A stretch of 64,000 bases of DNA from Alphaproteobacteria bacterium (GTDB lineage Bacteria > Pseudomonadota > Alphaproteobacteria > Bin95), in the NCBI GenBank assembly GCA_965222315.1, contig OZ244951.1, forward strand, positions 1,644,346 through 1,708,345, written 5' to 3'. The position numbers and the translations under genes were made by a program. The notes below the pieces were generated by a model, which was given only the letters and a program-made list of their open reading frames with translations, did no database searches and had not been told where the DNA came from. How positions within the stretch are numbered: position 1 is the first letter of the stretch; each line of letters begins with the position of its first letter. Below, piece after piece: positions 9,865-17,990 of this stretch.

Positions 9865-12243
9865 ATGCAGGAGAATAAGAGCAAAACCGCTATTCGGGAC
9901 CGCAAGCGTCCTGTTGGCGGGAACGACAGGGAAACTGATGGTTCGTTACAAAGAAAGCTTGGCGACCCCGAGTTAGTCCCGTTTCCTGAACGAGGAGTGT
10001 CGCTCGAAGACCTTATCTGCGATGCGCCGCTTTGGGTGGCCTGGCGCAGAGATGCCGACGGCAAACGAATTCCGATCAGCCCCAAAACTGGCAAAGCGTG
10101 CGGCACCGCCAGCACCGAAGGCTGGGGAACCCAATGCGAGGCGGAGCGGAGAGTAGAACAACTAAGTGCCCGAACCTCTGCACCCAACGATAGTGCAGGC
10201 ATTGGAATCATGCTTGGACCATTGCCGCAGTATCCCGGGCTCTATCTCAGCGGCATCGATATCGACGGCTGTAGAGATCCTGAGTCTGGGGTTCTCGAAC
10301 CTTGGGCTGCGGAAATCCTGGACCGGTTTGACACCTATGCTGAGGTGTCTCCCAGCGGGGGCGGGGTCCATGTCTTATTCGTCTGCAGTGATGAAGACCG
10401 GTCAGCGCTGAAAGCAGAAGGACTGATACGCCCCGGTTCAGAGTATGGCCGCGACTTCAGCCCTTGTAAGCGGATTGAGATCGCGCCAAGGCTTTGTGGC
10501 GGTAAGTGGTTAACCTATACTGGCAGCGGCATTCTTCCCACGTACCTTTCCGAGGTTCTCGGCGATGGCATGGCAATGGACGTCAAGCGGATCGGATCTG
10601 AGGATCTTCGGTGGCTGTTCGGGGAACACGGTCCGGCATTTTTGCGAGACTTCCAGGGGCAGACCGAACGATCGTCATCTATCAGGGATGAGTCCGGATC
10701 AGGGATCGGCTGGCGAAAGGCATTGGACCTGTTTGGAAAAGGGATGACCCTGGAAGAAGTAGCAGAGGCGTTCGATGCGGACGGCGGTAATGCGGGTGAA
10801 TGGTGGAGCCGCACTGACGACCGGCAGCGCCAGCGGGTTCTGGAGCGGGCTTGCCGGCGAGTGCTAGAAACCAGGAAGGTACGCTTGGCAGAACTCCTGG
10901 ATGAGTTTGACGACCTTGATGATGAGCCCGGTGAAGACGACGACCCTGATGTCTGGCGCGTGAACCGGGACTACGCGGTCGTCGATGTGCCGGGCGGTGT
11001 GGCGATAGCCCGTTTCAAGGATGATGACTTCGATCTTCTAAGCAAGTCATCGTTCGAGTTGAAGATGGCGAACCGACGGGTGCTCGTCAGGGATAAGCAA
11101 GCTCCATTGTCCCGGTACTGGCTCCAGCACCCTCTGCGCAAAGACTTTGATGGCCTTGTCTTCGATCCGTCCGGCCGCAGCCCGGATCGCATGCTGAACA
11201 TGTGGCGCGGCTGGAGTGTCTCCGCTGATGTCTCGGGGAGTTGCGAACGGTTCCTTGCGTTGATCGAAGACGTAGTTTGCCCGGACGATCCGGCTGCAAG
11301 GGACTATCTGATAAAGTGGTTTGCCCACATGGTGCAGTACCCCGCAGTCAAACCCGGCGTCGCCCTGGTTCTCATCGGCGGTAAAGGCGTCGGTAAGGAC
11401 TCGCTCATCGAATACGCCGGAGGCATGCTGCGGCCCAAAAACTACGTCAACATGGATACGCCAACGCATCTGACCGGCAACTTCAATGCTCACCTGGAGA
11501 CCTGCCTCCTGGGACACATGCAGGAGGGCGTGTTCTCCGGCAATATTGCCCAGGCGGAAGTTCTCAAGGCTCGGATTACCGGTCATCGTCAGGCGATTGA
11601 GCGGAAAGGTCTGGATGTTTTTGAGGTGGACTCCTTCACGCGGCTGGCGATCACGTCCAATAGCTGGAATGCGATCCTGGCATCGGCGGACGAGCGGCGC
11701 TTTGCGGTCTACAACTGCGCCGGCAAGAAAGAGCGGGCGTACTATGACGCCCTGCACCAGGAGCGGCTCAATGGGGGCCCAGCGGCGTTGATGTCGTATC
11801 TTCGTTCCATCGACCTAGCGGACTTTGACGTCCGGAGTCCGCCTGACAGCCACGGGCTGCGCGAACAGAAGTTGAACAGTCTGCGGGGCGTGCGCGCATG
11901 GTGGTTGGATGTGCTGCAGTCGGGGCGATTGCCGCAGGGTCTTGGGAACAGCTTTGAGCATACGGGCGACGAAGAGGGAGCCGACGACTGGCAGACCCAC
12001 ACGCAATTCGTTACCACCGAAGTGTTGCGGTCGGATTGTATGGACTGGTTCCGGCAACGTCGTTTCGAGGGCGATCCGCCACCCGATCGGCGGTTCTCCA
12101 AGGAACTGAAGGAGATATGTCCGGCCGAGCGTGAGCGCGGGACGGGCTCACACCGGCCATGGGGCTATAAGATCCCACCCTGGCCGGTGTGCGTCGACCA
12201 TTTTGAACGTCACTTCGGCGTATCGCTGGACCTGGGTGAATGA
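9865..12243 (+). CDS. Bifunctional Prim-Pol primase / P4-D5-type helicase-NTPase (792 aa)
   Basis: N-terminal Prim-Pol motifs GIGIMLG...LSGIDIDGC...YAEVSPSGGGVHVLF. Central P-loop LVLIGGKGVGKDS in a D5/P4-like (DUF5906-type) region. Intact ORF. Confidence 0.75.
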   Translation: MQENKSKTAIRDRKRPVGGNDRETDGSLQRKLGDPELVPFPERGVSLEDLICDAPLWVAWRRDADGKRIPISPKTGKACGTASTEGWGTQCEAERRVEQLSARTSAPNDSAGIGIMLGPLPQYPGLYLSGIDIDGCRDPESGVLEPWAAEILDRFDTYAEVSPSGGGVHVLFVCSDEDRSALKAEGLIRPGSEYGRDFSPCKRIEIAPRLCGGKWLTYTGSGILPTYLSEVLGDGMAMDVKRIGSEDLRWLFGEHGPAFLRDFQGQTERSSSIRDESGSGIGWRKALDLFGKGMTLEEVAEAFDADGGNAGEWWSRTDDRQRQRVLERACRRVLETRKVRLAELLDEFDDLDDEPGEDDDPDVWRVNRDYAVVDVPGGVAIARFKDDDFDLLSKSSFELKMANRRVLVRDKQAPLSRYWLQHPLRKDFDGLVFDPSGRSPDRMLNMWRGWSVSADVSGSCERFLALIEDVVCPDDPAARDYLIKWFAHMVQYPAVKPGVALVLIGGKGVGKDSLIEYAGGMLRPKNYVNMDTPTHLTGNFNAHLETCLLGHMQEGVFSGNIAQAEVLKARITGHRQAIERKGLDVFEVDSFTRLAITSNSWNAILASADERRFAVYNCAGKKERAYYDALHQERLNGGPAALMSYLRSIDLADFDVRSPPDSHGLREQKLNSLRGVRAWWLDVLQSGRLPQGLGNSFEHTGDEEGADDWQTHTQFVTTEVLRSDCMDWFRQRRFEGDPPPDRRFSKELKEICPAERERGTGSHRPWGYKIPPWPVCVDHFERHFGVSLDLGE

Positions 12244-12281
12244 CGGCGAGGGTAATCAATTAGCCCATCCCCTTGGGGCCT

Positions 12282-12509
12282 GTGTCCCATGGCCGTGAAA
12301 AACATCACGGTTCATGGGACACGGTTTTCTGTTAGATATCAGGAAGTTCTCTATACCTGTCCCATCTGTCCCATGAGTCCCATAAGAATAACAGCTAAAG
12401 GCTTTCTTCATTCTCCGTGGTGCTACTGCCGATCGTCTGACCGGCGTATGCCCTATAAAAAATTCTTGAACAGCCGATGCTTATGGGACTCATGGGACAG
12501 ATGGGACAG
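12282..12509. repeat. Iteron-like array: 8 copies of GTCCCAT/ATGGGAC in two palindromes (12282-12322; perfect 30-bp arms 12357-12386 and 12480-12509 around a 93-bp spacer)
   Basis: GTCCCAT at 12284, 12359, 12368, 12377. ATGGGAC at 12314, 12483, 12492, 12501. Triplets are spaced 9 bp apart. The spacer has the A/T tract CCCTATAAAAAATTC. Starts 39 bp after the Prim-Pol/helicase stop. Confidence 0.7.
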
Positions 12510-12901
12510 TCTGCTCCAATTCAGTGGCTTGGCGAGGTTGGCGCGCATTGACTCGGCTGAAGCGGGCTTGGGTCCTTCCCGGGAGCCGGCCTGGTCGGGG
12601 GGTGCGCGGAGCCCCGGGTTTCCAGAGTTTTCAATAATTTGGGAACAAAATCCCTTCGGCAAAAAGTCTTGGTCATGTTCCCAGGAGAGGTGTAGCTCGG
12701 CGTAGCGCCCTTGATGGCGTCTGCGGCCACCCGTAGCTTTGTAGGACGTCATCGAGGGCGCGATGGTAATCGGGAAATTGTCGGAAGGGTTGGGTTGCTG
12801 AGACCAACTCGAACCGAAGGAAGACCCCGATGTCAACGGCGGTGAGAAAATGTACCGGCGCGGGTTTACCGGAGAGTAAAAACACTCGAAGGATACCCGT
12901 T

Positions 12902-13135
12902 ATGAAGAACCGCCCCTACACCCCATCCTTTTCAGCCGAGCTACGCGAACGCGGCGTTCGGCTTTTCAAGGAACATCGCACCGAATATCCAAGCGATAAT
13001 GCAGCCTACAGGGCGATTGCCCCGAAGCTTGGCTGCTCGCCGGACAGCCTGCGGGTCTGGTGCCAGCGTGCTGAGCGCGATGCCGGTGAGCGCCCTGGCC
13101 TGACCGGCGCAGAGCAAGACCGGATCAAGGCATAG
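12902..13135 (+). pseudogene. IS3-family orfA with premature TAG
   Basis: MKNRPYTPSFSAELRERGVRLFKEHR...GLTGAEQDRIKA then TAG. The paralog at 43687-43965 reads KALEREVRELRQANE through the same position. Confidence 0.75.
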
Positions 13136-13203
13136 GAGTTTGAAGTCCGGGAACTGCGCCAAGCCAATGAGATCTTGAAGAAGGCCAGCGCGTATTTTGC
13201 CCC

Positions 13204-13242
13204 TCCTCTCGGCGAATGCTTGCATTCGCCTGTCGGGCAACG
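13204..13242 (+). repeat. 39-bp hairpin mini-insertion (copy 1)
   Basis: TCCTCTC-GGCGAATGC-tt-GCATTCGCC-TGTCGGGCAACG. Adds 13 in-frame codons between SAYFA and AELDRP at the orfA/orfB junction. Confidence 0.7.
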
Positions 13243-13734
13243 GGCGGAGCTCGACCGCCCGTTCAAGAAATGACGGCGTTCATCAACGAGCATCGGAGCG
13301 TCTTGGGTGTCGGGCCGATCTGCAAAATGCTGCCGATCGCACCATCGACGTATTTTGCTCGCGCCGCGGTTGTCCGAAACCCTGCTCTGGCCTCCGACCG
13401 GGCGAAGAGCGATGCGGCGACCAGCCGGAAGATCCGGCGCATTTTCGACGCCAGTGGGTGCCGCTATGGCGCGCGCAAGGTCTGGCATGCGTTGCGCCGC
13501 GAGGGGCATGACATCGCCCGCTGTATGGTGGAACGGCTGATGAAAGCGGCAGGATTACAGGGCGTTGTGCGTGGCAGGAAAGTCATCACAACCAATCCGG
13601 ACACATTGCTGTCCTGTCCCGGCGACAAGGTCAACCGGGCGTTTGTTGCCCAGGCGCCAAACCGGCTCTGCCCTTACGGCATTTGCACGCAAACGCCTAC
13701 CGGGTAACAGGTCTCGGACTTTACCTACGTTGTG
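13243..13734 (+). pseudogene. IS3-family orfB, 5' half only
   Basis: AELDRPVQEMTAFINEHRSVLGVGPICKML...ARKVWHALRREGHDIARCMVERLMK...APNRL[insert]VSDFTYV. Broken at ~13734 by the IS110-family element. Confidence 0.7.
13671..13709 (+). repeat. 39-bp hairpin mini-insertion (copy 2)
   Basis: CCCTTAC-GGCATTTGC-ac-GCAAACGCC-TACCGGGTAACA, inserted inside the Trp codon of PNRLWVSDFTYV. This copy carries an in-frame TAA. Confidence 0.75.
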
Positions 13735-15075
13735 TGACGTCAGCGCTTGTCGGACAGAATTGAGCGTTTGAGGAGCGGAGATGCGGTCATCGGGCCGAGT
13801 CGCCACAATTGTCGTGGTGATTTGTAACTCAGAGGAGATGACCATGACCTATTACGTAGGGCTTGATGTTTCGGTCGAGAACACAGCTATTTGCGTTATT
13901 GACGCTGCCGGCCACGTCGAAAAAGAACTTTCCGCGCGGAGCGATCCTGATGACCTCGCAACAGCGCTTGATCCGTTTTCTGATGCAATTGGTGCGATCG
14001 GCCTCGAAGCTGGCCCCATGTCAGCGTTCCTGGCAGAGGGCCTAAAGCAGAGGGGGGTGGACAGCGTTCTGATGGAGACACGACGGGTCCATGCCGCGCT
14101 GTCTGCCATTCCGATTAAGACGGACCGGCGGGATGCCCGCGGCATAGCTGAGTTGCTTCGCATGGGGTGGTTTCAGCCGGTTCATTTGAAGACGCCTGCT
14201 GCTCGGGACCTGGGGTTGATGCTGTCGGCGCGTGACATTCTGGGACGGCGCGTCCGGGAACTAGACAATTCGGTTCGAGGGCTTCTCCGAGGGTTTGGCT
14301 TGAAACTTCCCAAAGGAGCCCGAGGCCGGTTTTGCGACCTGGTTTGCACCCTGATCGCAGATAATCTGGTTCTGGAAGCGGCGATCTTACCTCTCTTGTC
14401 AGCACGCGACGCGATGGCAGGCGAGTTTGTTAAATTGGACAAGTTGGTCCGGGATCAGTTTCGCACCGATGAGGTCTGCCGTCGCCTGATGACCATTCCC
14501 GGTGTTGGTGCTGTCATTGCGATGACCTTCCGTGCCGCTATCGACGACCCCAAACGGTTTCGTTCATCGAAGTCGGTGGGCGCCTGTTTTGGCCTCACGC
14601 CAAGACGATACCAATCCGGTGAAACGGACCGGGTCACCTCGATCACCAAGGCCGGAGATGCCAGCGTGAGGGCCGCGCTCTACGAAGCGGAGCATGTGAT
14701 GCTTGTCAGATCCACCCGATGGACACCGCTCAAGGCATGGGCCATGCGCGTCGCCACCAGAAGGGGTGCGAAGCGCGCCAAGATTGCACTCGCAAGGAAG
14801 CTGGCCGTCATCATGCATCGAATGTGGCTGGACAGCACAGAGTTCAGAGCCGCCTGATAGGCGAGGAACACAAACCCTTCCGCAAGGAAGGCGCTCCTGA
14901 AGGGACGTGGTAAGGGAAAAGCCGACAGAAATCCTGGCTTGGAAATCAAAGTCGCAGCGGAGATGGGCTTTCCCGAACCAACGCTAACCGCATCATGTGA
15001 GTGCTAAACGCAGATCACGGACAGAAGCATGCACCTTCAGCCGCCATACCCTTGCAAAACTGGGCCCGATTACAG
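13735..15075 (+). mobile_element. IS110-family element no. 1 (IS1111-like layout); boundaries +/- 5 bp
   Basis: Interrupts IS3 orfB after DFTYV. Its 3' non-coding end shares the blocks CATCATGTG...CACGGACAGAAGCATG...CCCGAT(T/C)ACAG with element no. 2 (reverse complement of 37055-37140). Confidence 0.7.
13838..14857 (+). CDS. IS110-family (DEDD) transposase, intact
   Basis: MTMTYYVGLDVSVENTAICVID...KTDRRDARGIAELLRMGWF...MTIPGVGAVIAMTF...GLTPRRYQSGETD...ITKAGDASVRAALYEA. GAGG lies before the ATG at 13838. Confidence 0.85.
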   Translation: MTMTYYVGLDVSVENTAICVIDAAGHVEKELSARSDPDDLATALDPFSDAIGAIGLEAGPMSAFLAEGLKQRGVDSVLMETRRVHAALSAIPIKTDRRDARGIAELLRMGWFQPVHLKTPAARDLGLMLSARDILGRRVRELDNSVRGLLRGFGLKLPKGARGRFCDLVCTLIADNLVLEAAILPLLSARDAMAGEFVKLDKLVRDQFRTDEVCRRLMTIPGVGAVIAMTFRAAIDDPKRFRSSKSVGACFGLTPRRYQSGETDRVTSITKAGDASVRAALYEAEHVMLVRSTRWTPLKAWAMRVATRRGAKRAKIALARKLAVIMHRMWLDSTEFRAA

Positions 15076-15114
15076 AAGAATTTCTGGTTCATCGAATCCA
15101 TGGTGGAGCGAATA

Positions 15115-15461
15115 TGAACAAGAAACCCGGAACATCGAAAGATGCCGCTGACAAGCTGGTCAGAGGCATCAAGCGGACGACCGGCAAACACTACTCAGCA
15201 GAGGAGAAGATCCGCGTCGTGTTGGCTGGCCTGCGTGGCGAAGAGAGCATCGCCGCCCTGTGCCGGCGCGAGGGTATCGCAGAAAGCCTGTACTACACCT
15301 GGTCGAAGGAGTTCCTGGAAGCTGGCAAGCGTCGCTTGGCCGGTGACACGGCGCGTCAGGCCACGGCGCCGGAGGTCAAAGAATTGCGCTCAGAGGCGGT
15401 GGCCCTGAAGGAAGTCGTTGCCGAGCTGACCTTGGAAAACCGGCTGCTGAAAAAAGTATGA
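15115..15461 (+). CDS. IS3-family orfA (HTH/leucine-zipper protein)
   Basis: MNKKPGTSKDAADKLVRGIKRTTGKHYSAEEKIRVVLAGLRGEESIAALCRREGIAESLYYTWSKEFLEAGKRRL...LTLENRLLKK. Confidence 0.75.
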
Positions 15462-15932
15462 CAGGGGTTGGGGAGGACGATACATGAGATACCCCGCCTC
15501 TGAGAAGCTGGAAATCATCCGCACGGTTGAGGCCTCGCATCTGCCGGTAAAGCGAACGCTGTCGATGATCGGCATCCCCAGCAGCACCTACTATGACTGG
15601 TATGCCCGCTGGGTCGACGGCGGCCCGGAAGCCCTGGCGGATCGTTCTCCGAGGCCAAAGGCGGTCTGGAACCGCATCCCCGACACGGTCCGTTCCGACT
15701 TCGTGGCGTTCGCGCTGGACCATGAGGACCTGACACCCCGGGAACTGCCGTCAAATACACCGATGAGAAGCGATATTTTATCTCGGAATCATCGGCTTAC
15801 CGCATCCTGAAGGCCGAGGATCTGATCACGGCGCCGGCGCATGTGGTGATCCGGGCCGCCGATGAATTCAAGAACAAGACAACCCGTCCCAACGAGCTCT
15901 AGCAAACCGACTTCACCTATCTCAAGGTCATC

Positions 15933-15971
15933 CCCTCTCATGGTTTGCACGCAAACCACTGCCGGGCAACG
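15933..15971 (+). repeat. 39-bp hairpin mini-insertion (copy 3)
   Basis: CCCTCTCAT-GGTTTGC-ac-GCAAACC-ACTGCCGGGCAACG, lying between TDFTYLKVI and GWGWFYL. Confidence 0.75.
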
Positions 15972-16253
15972 GGCTGGGGCTGGTTCTATCTCAGCACGAT
16001 CCTCGACGATTACAGCCGCTACATCATCACATGGAAGCTGTGCACGACGATGAAGACCGAGTATGTCACCGCCACCCTGGAACAGGCGCTGCAGGCGTCA
16101 GGCTGTGACCAGGCAACCCTCATCCATCGCCCGAGGCTACTCAGCGATAACGGATCTTCCTACATCGCCGGTGACCTGGCCAAGTATCACAAGGCCAAGG
16201 GTATGGAACATGTTCGCGGCGCCCCGCATCACCCTCAGACCCAAGGCAAGATC

Positions 16254-16290
16254 GCCTCTCGGCGTTGCACGCAACGCCTGCCGGCCAACG
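16254..16290 (+). repeat. Hairpin mini-insertion (copy 4, 37 bp, shorter stem)
   Basis: GCCTCTC-GGCGTTGC-ac-GCAACGCC-TGCCGGCCAACG, lying between QTQGKI and (E)RWHQTMKN, at the catalytic Glu of the DDE motif. Confidence 0.7.
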
Positions 16291-16626
16291 GAGACGCTGG
16301 CACCAAACCATGAAGAACCGCGTGCTGCTCGAAAATTACTTTTGCCCGGCGACCTTGAACGGCGGATCGGCGCCTTCGTCGAGTACTACAACGACCGCCG
16401 ATACCACGAGAGCCTGGGAAACCTGACACCCGCCGATGTGTATTGCGAACGTGGCGCGCAGATCCTGAAAATGAGAAAGGAGATCAAAACCAAGACCATC
16501 GAAACCCGACGGTTGCAGCACCGAAAAGCAGCCGCCTAAACTGATCCCGAAACCGAACCAGAGCCTCCGTTACGAAAACCTGAGCGCAGTCCGAAAAACT
16601 CTGACGACGGACAAGAAGCAAGGACA

Positions 16627-17327
16627 GTGACGATTTCCAACGAAGTACTGGACGAACTTCTGAATGGCTGCGAGCGGCCTGAGGATTTGTTTGGCGACAC
16701 CGGGCCGATGAAAGAGCTGAAGATCAAGCTAATGGAGCGGATGCTGGGGGCCGAGCTGACGGCGCATCTGGGCTATGAGACAGGCAAGGATGCCCCGCCG
16801 GAGCAGCCGAACCGGCGTAACGGTAGCGCCGGCAGAAGGCTGGAGGGCCAGGATGGCGAGGTGCCACTATCCGTCCCCCGGGGCCGCGATGTGCACCTGG
16901 TGCGCCATTCCCTGAACTTCTGGCCTGGAAGGACCGCAAATCCGTGGCGGGCGACCTGCGCCGGATTTATGGGGCTGCCACGGTCGACCAGGCTGCCGCC
17001 GAACTGAACGCATTCGAGGAAAAATGGGCCGGTAAATGCGCTTCGATCGCCCCAGCTTGGCGGCGGGCATGGCAGGAGGTGATCCCGTTCTTCGCCTTCG
17101 ATCCGGCAATCCGCAGGATCATTTACACGACGAATGCCATAGAAAGCCTGAACCGGGTCATCCGCAAATCGATCAAGACGCGCGGGTCATTCCCGACCGA
17201 AGACGCTGCCACCAAGCTGATTTATCTCGCCATCCGCAACTTCGAGAAAGGCGGCAGGAATGTCAGGGAGTGGTTTGCCGCCCGAAACCAATTCGCTATC
17301 CTGTTTGCCGAGCGCTTCAACGCGTGA
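16627..17327 (+). pseudogene. IS256-family transposase with central (catalytic) deletion and a frameshift
   Basis: N-terminal part MTISNEVLDELLNGCERPEDLFGDTGPMKELKIKLMERMLGAELTAHLGYE...VPRGRD joins directly to VHLVRHSLNF...AGDLRRIYGAATVDQAAAELNAFEEKW...IYTTNAIESLNRVIRK. Confidence 0.75.
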
Positions 17328-17412
17328 CGGTATCTGAAACCTGCATGGGACAGGCCAGATACACAGAGGTTATGACACTCCTTGGTTCCGATCGCATGCG
17401 GAAGCCACGATG

Positions 17413-17529
17413 GCGGTCTTCTACGTCATTGAGGGCTACTACAACCTGACCCGCCAACACTCGGCGCTTGGATACCTATCGCCCATCGAATACGAAGGGA
17501 GGCAAGATGATCTGACACAAACTGTATGA
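17413..17529 (+). pseudogene. IS3-family orfB extreme C-terminal fragment
   Basis: AVFYVIEGYYNLTRQHSALGYLSPIEYEG... followed by a stop. This is the typical IS3 transposase tail. Confidence 0.6.
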
Positions 17530-17668
17530 CCCAAAACCTGTCCACGAAACCGGCTCAACTCCAGTCATCAACGTTAAACTGTAGGGCACGTAACTTGATC
17601 TGACATTTCTGCTCCGCTGGAGCGCAATCAAGGAGTGTCGATCCGTGACCAGCATTTCCGTGACCAGC

Positions 17669-17900
17669 ATTCAAGAGAAGATCATCAAGCCGAAGCTGCG
17701 ACTTTTGGAGCTTGTCAAGCAATTCGGCAGTGTCAGCTAGGCCTGTAAAATGATAGGCTGTTCGCGAGATAGCTTTTACTGGTTCCGCGACCTTTACCAA
17801 CAGGGCGGGGCCGAGGCGCTGATCGATCTCTCGCGTCCCAAGCCTTTACTGAAGAACCGGGTGCCGGAACACGCGGAGAAAACCATCGTCGACCAAACCT
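17669..17900 (+). pseudogene. Integrase-core (IS481-like) transposase N-terminal fragment with in-frame TAG
   Basis: IQEKIIKPKLRLLELVKQFGSVS*ACKMIGCSRDSFYWFRDLYQQGGAEALIDLSRPKPLLKNRVPEHAEKTIVD. No catalytic domain follows. Confidence 0.45.
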
Positions 17901-17927
17901 CATTCAAGCAGCATACCGTTTTGATCA

Positions 17928-17958
17928 TTGAAGCTCTAGTAGCTGAAGGGACTATCTT
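17928..17958 (+). promoter_or_regulatory. MerR-type promoter (19-bp spacer) upstream of the P1B ATPase, with no adjacent regulator gene
   Basis: TTGAAG-CTCTAGTAGCTGAAGGGAC-TATCTT. Shares TTGAAsCTCTAG with the promoters at 31149-31179 (minus) and 32328-32358. Confidence 0.5.
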
Positions 17959-17990
17959 TGGAGAACCTGCGCAACATTGAGGTTCTTGTT

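Larger units (their letters stand above)
12851..13734 (+). mobile_element. IS3-family element, copy a (left end present, 3' part cut off by an IS110-family insertion)
   Basis: Left end TGTACCGGCGCGGGTTTACCGGAGAG matches the end of the second copy (reverse complement of 43981-44006). orfA and orfB reading frames are recognisable. Confidence 0.75.
15484..16539 (+). pseudogene. IS3-family orfB (DDE transposase), multiply disrupted
   Basis: Frameshift near 15757. TGG>TAG at 15899 (NEL*QTDFTY). Two hairpin insertions. 1-nt deletion near 16340. Motifs GWGWFYLSTILDDYSR, LLSDNGSSY, HPQTQGKI, YYNDRRYHESLGNLTPADVY. Confidence 0.8.
15076..16560 (+). mobile_element. IS3-family element, copy b (left IR missing, heavily decayed); right boundary approximate
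   Basis: orfA starts only 39 bp after the end of the IS110 element. orfB carries at least 5 lesions. Confidence 0.65.

Noticed and set aside
12289-12705. 138-aa ORF covering the iteron palindromes
   Set aside because: The peptide is dictated by the repeated GTCCCAT motif on both arms. There is no RBS and no recognisable domain, so it is better explained as non-coding repeat DNA.
4372-12850. tRNA gene or integrase-type att site marking an island end
   Set aside because: I found no cloverleaf-compatible sequence or T-loop (GGTTCGAAT-type) context by eye. A proper tRNA scan is still advisable.
13709-13735. Idea that IS110 element no. 1 specifically targeted the adjacent 39-bp hairpin
   Set aside because: The insertion point is ~25 bp away. 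The two other IS1111-like elements in the window have no such hairpin near their targets, so coincidence cannot be excluded.
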